64,000 nucleotides of DNA. It comes from Desulfuromonas sp. (lineage in GTDB: Bacteria > Desulfobacterota > Desulfuromonadia > Desulfuromonadales > BM501). Numbering within the stretch: position 1 is the first letter of the stretch; every line of letters begins with the position of its first letter. The position numbers and the translations under genes are program-made. The notes under the pieces are model-generated. The model was not told where the DNA came from and made no database searches. It saw only the letters and a program-made list of their open reading frames with translations. The DNA lies in NCBI RefSeq assembly GCF_002868845.1, contig NZ_PKUB01000014.1:27762-91761 (forward strand). The letters run 5' to 3'. Below, one piece after another: positions 47,007 through 56,207 of this stretch.

Positions 47007-49589
47007 TCAGAATCGGTAGCGATTCCCCTCGGCGGTGGTCAGCCCCGATCGCAGCAGCCCGGCAAAGTCCTCCCCGGCCACCGGGCGGCTGAAATAGTAT
47101 CCCTGGACCTCGTCGCACTCCAGGGCCCGCAGGAACTCAAGCTGTTCCTGGGTCTCCACCCCCTCGGCCAGCACCTTGAGCCGCAGGCTGCGGGCCAGGG
47201 CGACGATCGCTTCGGCGATAGCCGAGGCGTCGTCCGGCTTGCGGGTGATGTCCTGCACGAAACTCTGGTCGATTTTGAGCCGGTCGATGGGAAAGTGCCG
47301 GAGATAGTTCAGGGAGGAGTAGCCGGTGCCGAAATCATCGATGGCCAGCTTCACCCCCATCGCCTTGAACTCGCCGAGGATATTCTTGTTGGCCTCGGCG
47401 CCCTCCATGAGGATACTCTCGGTGAGTTCCAGTTCCAGGCAGCTCGGATCGAGACCGCTGCGGTGCAGAACCTCCTCCACCATGGCGGGCAGGTTGCGCT
47501 GGCGCATCTGGCAGCCGGAGAGGTTGACCGCCACCCTCAGGCCCGGAAACCCCGCTTCGTGCCAGGCCTGTGTCCGGGCGCAGGCGGTCTCCAGAACCCA
47601 ACGGCCGATGGGAAGGATAAGCCCGGTCTCCTCCGCCAGAGGAATGAACTGGGCCGGGGAAATCAGGCCCAGGTCGGGATGGTTCCAGCGCAGCAGGGCC
47701 TCCATGCCGAACAGCCTCCCCGAGGCGAGCTCCACCTGGGGCTGGTAATGCAGGAAGAATTCCCCCCGTTCCAGGGCCCGTCGCAGGTCGTTGCCCAGCA
47801 GCAGGCGCTCCAGGGCCTTGGCATTCATGTCCGAGGTATAAGCCCGGTAGGTGTTGCGCCCCTCCTCCTTGGCCCGGTACATGGCGTTGTCGGCATTTTT
47901 CAAAAGGGCATCGGCATCGCATCCGCCTCGGGGATAGATGGCGATGCCGAGACTGGCCGTCGTGAACACCTCCCGCCCATCCAGGTCCACCGGCTGCGCC
48001 AGTGCCTGAAGGACTTTTTGGGCGAGCAGGGATGTGTCCTTCTGACTGATGAGGCTGGTCTGGATGATGACGAACTCATCCCCCCCGACCCGGGCCACCG
48101 TATCGCTCTTGCGCACGCAGTGCAGCAGCCGCTCTGCGACGACCTTGAGCAACCCGTCACCGACGATGTGCCCAAGGGTGTCGTTGATCTCCTTGAAGCG
48201 ATCGAGGTCGAGGAACATCACCGCCACTTGATGACCGCTACGCTCGGCCTGCAACAGGGTCTGGCAGAGGCGGTCGTGGAGGAGGGAGCGGTTGGGCAGG
48301 TCGGTCAGGGCATCGAAGTAGGCGAGCTTCTGGATCTTGGCCTCGGCCCGCTTGCGCTCAGTGATGTTGTGGAGGATGCAGTGACTCTGCTGGAACCTGC
48401 CCCTGGCGTCGTAGGCCACCTTCCCCGTCACCGAGACGACGACTTCGGAGCCGTCCTTATGCACCATGATGAACTCGGCCCCGTCCGCAGCCCCTTCGGC
48501 CTTAAAGCGGGGAAGCCACTCCTTGAGCAGCATTCTCGATTCGGGAGACATGAAGTCTCCCACCCAGCGGCCGAGGAGCTCGCCCCGAGCGTAACCGAGC
48601 ATGTCGAGGTAGGCCTGGTTGACCTCGAGCAACCGCCCCTCGCCGTCCAGCGACTGATAGCTGGAGGGCGCGTTCTCGTAAAGACCGCGGAAGCGCTCCT
48701 CGCTTTCGCGCAGGGCCTGTTCCGCCGCCTTGCGGGCGGTCACGTCGCGGAAGATTCCCCGGGTGGCCTTCGGCCGGCCATCTTCGAAGCTGCAGTTGAC
48801 GCTCCCCTCGACAATGATGGCCCGGCCATCCTTTGTCACGAAGGTGGCCTCCAGCCTTCCTCCCGTGTTGTCTCCCGAGACCAGCCGGCCAAAAGTCTCC
48901 ATGCAACGATCGATGCAGCCGGGATGGATGACGTCCTGCAGTTTCAGGCCGGCCAGCTCTTCCGGCCCGTAACCCATGGCCTGCCGCAAGGCCCGGTTGA
49001 CATAGATGAGGGAGCCGTCCGGAGCGATACTCTGGATCAAGTCGTTGGCGTTCTCGAACAGGTCGCGGAACCTCGTCTCGCTCTCCCGTAGAGCTTCCTC
49101 GGCGCGAATCCGGTCGGTGATATCGGCGTACACCAGTACCACCTGGGTGATTTCGTCCCGATTGTTCTTGATGGGCGTGCCCACGACGTGGAAGTGGCGG
49201 CCCCTGGCGACGAAATCGACCTGCTCCACCATCCACCGGGTGGCCAGCACCCGGTCGAAGATGCACTCCTCGGGGGGCAGTTCGGGCTCGCACACGATCT
49301 GGCGGAAGTTGCCGCCCAGCACCTCGGCCTCGGTCTTGTCCGGGAAAAAGAGCTGCTGGCTCTTTTTGTTGAAGGCTTCCAAGCGCATCCGGTCATCGAC
49401 CACCAGGATGCCGGCACCGGCCGAGTCGAAAATGGCCTGGATCTCGTCCCGCGCCAGGGCCAGCTCCTCGTTAACCTCTATCTGGTTTTCCAGGACCTGG
49501 GCGAAGGACTCGCTGAGGATTCCGATGGGATCGAGGGCAAAGAGAGTCTCGTCGTCCAGTTCCTCGGGGCGCAGGGGCAGGGTCCCCAT
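47007..49589 (-). CDS. multi-PAS GGDEF/EAL signalling protein
   Basis: Several PAS repeats. GGDEF motif (RVGGDEFVII). EAL domain (EALLRW, DDFGTGYSSL). Confidence 0.9.
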   Translation of the reverse strand: MGTLPLRPEELDDETLFALDPIGILSESFAQVLENQIEVNEELALARDEIQAIFDSAGAGILVVDDRMRLEAFNKKSQQLFFPDKTEAEVLGGNFRQIVCEPELPPEECIFDRVLATRWMVEQVDFVARGRHFHVVGTPIKNNRDEITQVVLVYADITDRIRAEEALRESETRFRDLFENANDLIQSIAPDGSLIYVNRALRQAMGYGPEELAGLKLQDVIHPGCIDRCMETFGRLVSGDNTGGRLEATFVTKDGRAIIVEGSVNCSFEDGRPKATRGIFRDVTARKAAEQALRESEERFRGLYENAPSSYQSLDGEGRLLEVNQAYLDMLGYARGELLGRWVGDFMSPESRMLLKEWLPRFKAEGAADGAEFIMVHKDGSEVVVSVTGKVAYDARGRFQQSHCILHNITERKRAEAKIQKLAYFDALTDLPNRSLLHDRLCQTLLQAERSGHQVAVMFLDLDRFKEINDTLGHIVGDGLLKVVAERLLHCVRKSDTVARVGGDEFVIIQTSLISQKDTSLLAQKVLQALAQPVDLDGREVFTTASLGIAIYPRGGCDADALLKNADNAMYRAKEEGRNTYRAYTSDMNAKALERLLLGNDLRRALERGEFFLHYQPQVELASGRLFGMEALLRWNHPDLGLISPAQFIPLAEETGLILPIGRWVLETACARTQAWHEAGFPGLRVAVNLSGCQMRQRNLPAMVEEVLHRSGLDPSCLELELTESILMEGAEANKNILGEFKAMGVKLAIDDFGTGYSSLNYLRHFPIDRLKIDQSFVQDITRKPDDASAIAEAIVALARSLRLKVLAEGVETQEQLEFLRALECDEVQGYYFSRPVAGEDFAGLLRSGLTTAEGNRYRF

Positions 49590-49798
49590 GACCTCGAGGA
49601 GCTGGTTGATCTTCTCACGAACATAGGCGACGGCGGCCGCCTCCCGCTGGCGCAGCGCCTCGTTCTCCCCCGCAAGGCGTGCGATCTAGGCGCGCAGGGC
49701 GCTTTTCGTCGATGTTCGGTCCGACTCTTCGAAAGGCATTGTTAAGGACATGGGTCAACCCGGGCGAACGGTCTTGGCCGGGGCCTCCTCCTTTGCGA

Positions 49799-50059
49799 CT
49801 AGTGCTGTTTGCCGATAACGATGCAGTAGTGCCCCTTCTCCTTAGTCACCGCCACATGGTAGCCCATGTTACGCACCGCGTCGGGGATGGTCGTTGTGGA
49901 ATCCCGGTTGTCGGTCTGGAAGGACAGCGTGAGCCCTCCGGCCCTGAGCGGCCCCTTATAGCGGTTGACCTCGCGCAGGGCGGTCAGCAGGGTGGAGGGG
50001 CAGATCTGTCCCCTCAGATCGTAGTAGAGAAATTCAGCTTCTTGATCGGACATGGGCAA
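49799..50059 (-). CDS. TusA/SirA-like sulfurtransferase
   Basis: YDLRGQICPSTLL contains the conserved CP motif. About 85 aa. Adjacent to a YeeE/YedE gene. Confidence 0.7.
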   Translation of the reverse strand: MPMSDQEAEFLYYDLRGQICPSTLLTALREVNRYKGPLRAGGLTLSFQTDNRDSTTTIPDAVRNMGYHVAVTKEKGHYCIVIGKQH

Positions 50060-50123
50060 AGCCCCCTTCCTTCGATGGCATTCTATTCCTATTGCACCGC
50101 CTCCCGGCCAACCGAACAGCCTC

Positions 50124-51263
50124 CTACCGGGAGGATTTCAGAACCAGTCCGGTGAGAATCCGGCTTCCCAACCAGGCGCCCGGAACCATTCCGGCCACAA
50201 ACAGCATGCTCTGCATGCCCAGAATCGGCACCCCGCCCAGCAGGTGCCAAACATTGCAGGCCGGGGCCATGCGCGCGGCCAGGCCCATGATGAGGCCACC
50301 GGCCAGAGCGGACAGGGCCTGCCGCCACGGCACCCGCAGATAAATCCGGAACTCCCCGAGCCGAAGGGCCGAAAAGGCTGCGCCAAGAACGATCCCCCCG
50401 ATGAGGGGAAACTGGATAAGGGCGATGGCATCGAACCGCGGCCCCGCCCCGCCCTGCAGCACCACCCCTCCGAGGGGGGCCGTGTAGTCGAGGGGAACCC
50501 CCTGGAAGTAGGCGAGACCGGCCACGTGCTCCGGCATCACCAACTGCTCCAGAAAGGCTCCCGCCTTGGCATAGGCGGTGGTAATGCCCATGGGCATGCC
50601 GACCGCGAGGTACGAAACAAGCCCGACCAGAGCCAGCGCCAGGGCCGCCTTCCAGGGCTGCAGATACCCCTCGACGGAGGTCTGGCGGGACCACTTGCCC
50701 TGCCGATACCAGCGCCAGAAAGGGTAGCCGGCGGCCAGCACCACCGCCCCGACGAGGAGCCCCGGTTCGATCCCCAACAGTTGCGGCAGGGTGACAATCC
50801 CCGGGAAAAAAGTGGTGTTCCTCACCAGCTCCCCCCACCAAGGGTGCACCTCCGCGTACAGAGCGCTGCCGGCGACCAACCCCGCCAGGGCCAGAACGCT
50901 CAGCAGACTCCCCGACCCCAGGCGATAGAGGGTGCCCACCACGCAACCCCCAGCCAGAACCATCCCGGCCCCGAGCAGGGCGCCGCCGAAAAGGTTGGCG
51001 AGGGAGGGGGAACCTAGCAGGGGGAAGGGATACAGGGTGATATAGCCCAGCTGCCTGGCCATTTCGAACAGCACCATGCTGGCCACGACCAGCAGCAGCA
51101 GAGAACGCAACCGGAGCGTCTCTCCGAACAGGAAGAAGTCACGAAACATGCCGGCAATACAGTAGTCTGAGCGGTGCATGACGAGCCCGGCCACACCCCC
51201 CAGAAAGAAACAGACCACCACAATGAGCAGGTAAACCACACCTTTTTCCGCCATCCCGAACAT
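50124..51263 (-). CDS. YeeE/YedE-family membrane protein (thiosulfate/sulfur transport)
   Basis: Polytopic membrane protein. Signature motifs HRSDYCIAGMFRD and GGCVVGTLYRLG. Confidence 0.8.
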   Translation of the reverse strand: MFGMAEKGVVYLLIVVVCFFLGGVAGLVMHRSDYCIAGMFRDFFLFGETLRLRSLLLLVVASMVLFEMARQLGYITLYPFPLLGSPSLANLFGGALLGAGMVLAGGCVVGTLYRLGSGSLLSVLALAGLVAGSALYAEVHPWWGELVRNTTFFPGIVTLPQLLGIEPGLLVGAVVLAAGYPFWRWYRQGKWSRQTSVEGYLQPWKAALALALVGLVSYLAVGMPMGITTAYAKAGAFLEQLVMPEHVAGLAYFQGVPLDYTAPLGGVVLQGGAGPRFDAIALIQFPLIGGIVLGAAFSALRLGEFRIYLRVPWRQALSALAGGLIMGLAARMAPACNVWHLLGGVPILGMQSMLFVAGMVPGAWLGSRILTGLVLKSSR

Positions 51264-51584
51264 CCTGACTTTTGACTTTATCCCTCAACGCCTAATGAAA
51301 CAGCACAATGCATGCCAAATCGAGACCGCCCTCCCGAGGTCCCGGCGACTTGCCCTTGAAGCTTTCGCCCGCCTCGGCGAAACTGCCCGGGACTCCATTT
51401 CTCCCCCGGCAGAACGAGGAATCGAAGGCTCTCGTCCGAAAGAATGAGACATTCTTAAGCTTTTGGCATGCACACCGCCCCGTCCTGCGCTATAATGCAA
51501 ACTCATTGTTCATGCCGGGACGTGTGGACCCACGCGATCCCCTCCACTTGAAGAGGCAACCCTTCACAACCTGGAGCCGCGCCA

Positions 51585-53018
51585 ATGGAAGCTGCACCAA
51601 ACCACCTGGACAGGAATTTGACCCTTGGCGAACAACTGCTGGCCGAACGGGTGATCAGCGAAAGTCACCTGCACAAGGCACTGGCCCGCCAGAAAGTGCA
51701 TGGGGGGAGGCTCGGCCACAACCTGGTAGCCCTAGGCTATGTGACGCCCGAGAAACTCAACACATTCCTGCGGCGTCACCCGGTTTCCCCAAAAAACGTG
51801 GAGCAGACCGGCCTGGACATCTCCAACATTGCGGATCTGGTCCTGAAGCACATCCTTTACATGGGAGATTTCAGGCTCTCGGACGTGGTGGAGAGCACCA
51901 AACTGCCGGGCACCGTGGTCGATGCCGCCATCGAAAAGCTCCGTCGCGAGAAGCTGGTGGAGGTCAAGGGAGCCGCCCAGTACGTGAAGGCCGCCTTCGC
52001 CTTCTCCATCAATGAATACGGGAAGAATCGCGCCGCAGAGCTGCTCGACATCTGCCATTACACCGGGCCGGCCCCGGTCTCCCTCGAAAGTTACAAAACC
52101 TTCGTCGAGATGCAGTCGGTGCGCAACATCGTCGTTACCGAAGACCAGGTGAAGAGGGCCTTCGCTCACATGACCCTCGACGAACAGCTCCTTCGGCGCA
52201 TCGGCCCGGCCATCTCCTCGGGCAGGCCCATGTTCATCTACGGTCCTTCGGGAAACGGCAAGACCACCATCGCCGAAACCATCGGCAGGGTTCTCCCCGA
52301 CACCATCTTCATTCCCTACGCCCTCACCGTTGGAGGGCAGATCATCACCCTTTTCGACCCCGTCAACCACGAACTGGCAGACACCGGGTCCGCCCCGCCG
52401 GACCTGGACCGGCGCTGGGTCCAGATAAAGAGGCCGGTGATCATCACCGGGGGCGAACTCACCCTGAAGATGCTGGACCTGGAGTTCAACTCCATCGCCA
52501 AGTTCTACGAGGCCCCCCTGCAGATGAAGGCCAACAACGGCCTTTTCATCATCGACGACTTCGGGCGGCAGCAGATGGCCACCCAGAGCCTCCTCAACCG
52601 CTGGATCGTCAACCTCGACCGGAACATCGACTACCTCTCCCTGCATACCGGAATGAAGTTCGATATCCCCTTCAACCAGCTGGTCATCTTTTCCACGAAT
52701 CTCGAACCGAAGCAGTTGGTGGACGAAGCGTTCCTGAGGCGCATCCGCTACAAGATCAAGATCGACCACCCCAGCGAATTGGAGTACGGGCGGATCTTCC
52801 GCTCTGTCTGCGAAACCAACGGCATCCGCTTCGCCCCCCACATCCTCGAATACCTCCTCCGGCACCACTATCGGCGCATGGCGGTCATGTTGAGCGCATG
52901 CCACCCGCGCGACATCATCGACCACATCGTCGATGACGCCCGTTACCACAACCGGGATCCGGAACTGACCGAGGAGTCCATCGACATGGCGTGGCAGAAC
53001 TACTTCGTCGAAATGTGA
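51585..53018 (+). CDS. AAA-type ATPase with N-terminal T2SSE_N-like domain
   Basis: N-terminus LGEQLLAERVISESHLHKALARQ. Walker A FIYGPSGNGKTTIA, Walker B LFIIDDFGRQ. Confidence 0.6.
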   Translation: MEAAPNHLDRNLTLGEQLLAERVISESHLHKALARQKVHGGRLGHNLVALGYVTPEKLNTFLRRHPVSPKNVEQTGLDISNIADLVLKHILYMGDFRLSDVVESTKLPGTVVDAAIEKLRREKLVEVKGAAQYVKAAFAFSINEYGKNRAAELLDICHYTGPAPVSLESYKTFVEMQSVRNIVVTEDQVKRAFAHMTLDEQLLRRIGPAISSGRPMFIYGPSGNGKTTIAETIGRVLPDTIFIPYALTVGGQIITLFDPVNHELADTGSAPPDLDRRWVQIKRPVIITGGELTLKMLDLEFNSIAKFYEAPLQMKANNGLFIIDDFGRQQMATQSLLNRWIVNLDRNIDYLSLHTGMKFDIPFNQLVIFSTNLEPKQLVDEAFLRRIRYKIKIDHPSELEYGRIFRSVCETNGIRFAPHILEYLLRHHYRRMAVMLSACHPRDIIDHIVDDARYHNRDPELTEESIDMAWQNYFVEM

Positions 53019-53043
53019 CAGGAGAACTGGACCGGAAAAATCA

Positions 53044-53087
53044 GAAAGCCCGCCACCTCGAGGAGGTCGGCGGGCTTCTTTCTTTTT
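53044..53087 (+). terminator. rho-independent terminator
   Basis: AAGCCCGCC / GGCGGGCTT stem followed by CTTTCTTTTT. Confidence 0.65.
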
Positions 53088-53105
53088 GAAAACGGGACAA
53101 TCGGC

Positions 53106-54461
53106 TCAGAGGGGGCCTCTGCCCCCGTTCCGCAGGCGCTCAAGGAGCAGAATGATCCCGGCGGTCCCGAGTGCCAGCAGGAGAAGCACGATGGCCGTCC
53201 AGGCGCTGTTCAGCAGATCGGGCCGGACCAAAAGGATCAGGCCGAGACAGAGCATCATCAGGCCGGAGACGAGTTTCAGCCCCCGCCCCTCCTTCTCGCT
53301 CAGCTTCCGGGAACCGAGGGTGGCGGTAAAGGCGAGAACGATCACCAGCAGAGGCAAAACGTAGACCAGGTTATACAGGGCGAGATACGCGTAGTAGTGC
53401 CCGCGGGGCATCTCGTGCAGGGACAGTACGCGGGTGTAGACCATGGGAAATCCGGCCGTGCAGAGCAATTCGTAGCTGTTGGCTGAGACTGCCAGAACCA
53501 CCGTGCCGAAGAGGACCGAGGGGATGCGACTGGCCTGAACGAGCCCGCGCATGCGGGCGAAGAGCCTGGGCTTGGCCCCCTCGGGAATGGACAGAGAGAG
53601 CCACCGATGGGGTGAAAAATAGTCTTTGACGTTGATGGCGGCGATGACCAGGGCGACCCCCCCTGCAACCGCGGTTATCGCCCGGACCGTGCCGGCGAGG
53701 AAAAACAGGTTGAGCCAGGCCGCCATGAAAAGAAAATAGATCAGCCCCGAGAACAGCACGAAGGTCCCCCCGACCAGCAGCATCAGGCGGCGGGACCGGG
53801 CGTGGATGAGGAGGCTGAGCAGAAACAGCAGCACGAAGAAAGCGCAGGGGTTGAACCCGTCGAGCAGGCCGAGGACGAAGGTGAAGGCCGGCAGGGAGAG
53901 GGTTGACGGGTCGACGAGTCCCAGCCCCGGGACCGCAATCGGGGGTGATTCGCCAGCCACGGCAGGCTCCTCCGGTTGCCCCGCTCCGGGCGCCGCAGGC
54001 CGCTCCAGGGGATCGGTGCAACCGGAGGACAGGCACCTTTGCAGCACTTCCTCGATCTCGGAGGCCACCGGATCGGAGAATCCGAACCAGAGCCTGCCAT
54101 CAATGGCCGTTGCCGGGGTGGAGACCGCCTCCTGGCCGAAGGACTCCGCCAGGCTCACCAGCAGATCGAAATTGGCCCTGTTGTTCCAGATCTCGTAGTC
54201 CAGAACCTCCAACCGGGGATATCGCTCCTGAAGCCCCTCAAGAAAGGGTCTTTGCTCCGCGCAGTGGGGGCAACTCTCTGCCCAGAAGAAATGCAGCGTC
54301 ACCTTTGCGGGGGCGACTGTCTGGGCCTCAGAAAAGGCGGGGGCCGCAGAGATGGCCAGGGTCAGAAAAAGCAGGGCGCCGACCACGCGTAGCGCGCCAT
54401 CGCCCTTTTTCCGGCTCGGCTGAAGGCCTTTCCTGAAACGGCATGTCGGGATCTTTTCCAT
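53106..54461 (-). CDS. thioredoxin-fold + CcdA/DsbD-like transmembrane protein
   Basis: Signal-like N-terminus. Thioredoxin motif WAESCPHCAEQ. Membrane region contains LLDGFNPCAFFVLLFLL. Start trimmed to MEKIP. Confidence 0.65.
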   Translation of the reverse strand: MEKIPTCRFRKGLQPSRKKGDGALRVVGALLFLTLAISAAPAFSEAQTVAPAKVTLHFFWAESCPHCAEQRPFLEGLQERYPRLEVLDYEIWNNRANFDLLVSLAESFGQEAVSTPATAIDGRLWFGFSDPVASEIEEVLQRCLSSGCTDPLERPAAPGAGQPEEPAVAGESPPIAVPGLGLVDPSTLSLPAFTFVLGLLDGFNPCAFFVLLFLLSLLIHARSRRLMLLVGGTFVLFSGLIYFLFMAAWLNLFFLAGTVRAITAVAGGVALVIAAINVKDYFSPHRWLSLSIPEGAKPRLFARMRGLVQASRIPSVLFGTVVLAVSANSYELLCTAGFPMVYTRVLSLHEMPRGHYYAYLALYNLVYVLPLLVIVLAFTATLGSRKLSEKEGRGLKLVSGLMMLCLGLILLVRPDLLNSAWTAIVLLLLALGTAGIILLLERLRNGGRGPL

Positions 54462-54711
54462 GGCCGTCTCCCCGAAACCCACTTAACAGGGGAAGTTTAC
54501 CAGATAAGCCTTCGCCTTCCTCCGTTCGGCGACAGTACCGGTCCCCGAACGGGAAGATCTGGAAAGGTTCTCGGCCAAGACCGGGGCGAAATTAACCCCG
54601 TAAAAGCGCCCACCTCCCCGTCGGAGGCGGGCGCTTCGAAAACGGGCGGCCCATTCTGAAAACCAATCGAGCGAACCTGTCGATGCCGGCGGCGATGCGT
54701 GAGTTCATAAC

Positions 54712-54743
54712 AAAAAACTCCCACCTCTTTTCAGAAGTGGGAG
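54712..54743 (-). terminator. terminator downstream of tRNA-Asn
   Basis: Minus strand reads CTCCCAC ttctgaaaagag GTGGGAG followed by TTTTTT. Confidence 0.6.
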
Positions 54744-54751
54744 TTTCGATT

Positions 54752-54827
54752 TGGCTCCACCTGCTGGGCTCGAACCAGCGACAAGCGGATTAACAGTCCG
54801 CTGCTCTACCAACTGAGCTAAGGTGGA
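54752..54827 (-). tRNA. tRNA-Asn (anticodon GTT), CCA encoded
   Basis: Folded by hand. Acceptor TCCACCT/AGGTGGA, D arm GCTC..GAGC, anticodon arm GCGGA-CTGTTAA-TCCGC, T arm GCTGG-TTCGAGC-CCAGC, 3' end GCCA. Confidence 0.9.
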
Positions 54828-54944
54828 ATGGAACTGATTTGCATCCTGCCGGCGATCTCGTCGGCAGGGAAAATTCAACAGGCGCAGAATATAAGAAATT
54901 GACGAATTGTTGTCAAGGTTTTTTGCTTCCCCCGAAGGGATTTC

Positions 54945-55535
54945 CTAAGACGACCCCTTCTTGAGTTCTACGAGGATCAGCTTAGCCACGGCTTTGAGGG
55001 TTTCGAACACCCCCTCGCCGCTCATTGCGCAGGCCTCGAATTCGGGAACCTCGTCGGGATTGAGCAGACTGCGCAACTCCTCCAGCGAGGATACGTTGGG
55101 CAGATCGCGCTTGTTGTATTGCATGACGAAGGGAAGTTTCTCGAGTTGGTAGCCCTGCTCCTCGAGGTTGTCCTTGAGATTCTCCATGCTCTCGATATTG
55201 GCGTCGAGCCGCTCTTCCTGCGAGTCGGCGACGAAAACAACTCCGTCGACGCCCTTGAGGATCAGCTTGCGGGAGGCATCGTAGAAGACCTGGCCGGGGA
55301 CCGTGTAGAGGTGGAAACGCGTCTTGAACCCGCGGATCTCGCCGAGGGCCAGGGGAAGAAAGTCGAAGAAAAGGGTCCGCTCCGTCTCGGTCGCCAGGGA
55401 GATCATCTTCCCTTTGGCCTCCGGTGCGGTCTTGTTGTAGACGGTCTGCAGGTTGGTCGTCTTGCCACAGAGGCCGGGGCCGTAGTAGACGATCTTGCAG
55501 TTGATCTCGCGCGAGGCGTAGTTAATGAAGGACAT
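54945..55535 (-). CDS. mglA: Ras-like GTPase MglA
   Basis: [30 protein letters not shown] is near-identical to the Myxococcus MglA N-terminus. Confidence 0.9.
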   Translation of the reverse strand: MSFINYASREINCKIVYYGPGLCGKTTNLQTVYNKTAPEAKGKMISLATETERTLFFDFLPLALGEIRGFKTRFHLYTVPGQVFYDASRKLILKGVDGVVFVADSQEERLDANIESMENLKDNLEEQGYQLEKLPFVMQYNKRDLPNVSSLEELRSLLNPDEVPEFEACAMSGEGVFETLKAVAKLILVELKKGSS

Positions 55536-55548
55536 GCTCGCTCAACCC

Positions 55549-56046
55549 TTACCTGAACAGATTGTCGATATCGTCGTCGGTGATCTCGGCGAAGGGGCTC
55601 GGCGGGCCACCGGTTTGCCCGACCTGCTCGGACTTTCGGTTCAACTCGTCAAAGATCGTTCCCAACTCGTCGCTGGCCTTCTTGACCCGCAGGCGGACCA
55701 AGCCGAGGGAGCTGCGCTCGTCGAAAATCACCACCAGAATCACCCGGCTGGCGACGAGGGAGATGTGGATATTGTCCTTCTCCCCTTCGTGAAAGAGGAT
55801 GGAGAACTCCTTCTCGCCGATCAGCTTGGCCAGCCCGCCGGTCGCTGCGATATTCCCCGCGGTGAGGGAGGCGAGGCTGGTGGTGTCCAGGTGCTTGCTC
55901 TCCCCGGCTGAAGCGATCAACTGGCCGTTCTTGTCCACCAGGAAGATAACCTTGGCGTTGGACTCCCGCAGCAGTTTCGCCAGCACGGCACTGATCTTCT
56001 GGAATTCCTCATCGTACATGACGAGGGACGACTGCGAACCGAACAT
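55549..56046 (-). CDS. mglB: Roadblock/LC7 protein MglB (MglA GAP)
   Basis: 165 aa from MFGSQSS. Roadblock-like core VIFLVDKNGQLIASAG. The 458-aa track ORF is an artefactual upstream extension that runs antisense into the PFOR gene. Confidence 0.85.
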   Translation of the reverse strand: MFGSQSSLVMYDEEFQKISAVLAKLLRESNAKVIFLVDKNGQLIASAGESKHLDTTSLASLTAGNIAATGGLAKLIGEKEFSILFHEGEKDNIHISLVASRVILVVIFDERSSLGLVRLRVKKASDELGTIFDELNRKSEQVGQTGGPPSPFAEITDDDIDNLFR

Positions 56047-56149
56047 GCCAATGCTCCTAGATAGGTTACCAAGCCAGTGGCCTTTATAGCATCTATCCTG
56101 CCATCGATCAAGGCTTTCTTCCGCGGCCAACCCCCCATAACGCCAAAGG

Positions 56150-56186
56150 AAAAAGCCCCCGGCGAATGGACTGCCGGGGGCTTTTT
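56150..56186. terminator. bidirectional-looking hairpin terminator after PFOR
   Basis: AGCCCCCGGC / GCCGGGGGCT stem, flanked by AAAAA and TTTTT. Confidence 0.65.
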
Positions 56187-56207
56187 CCTGCTTTATGAAA
56201 GGACGAA

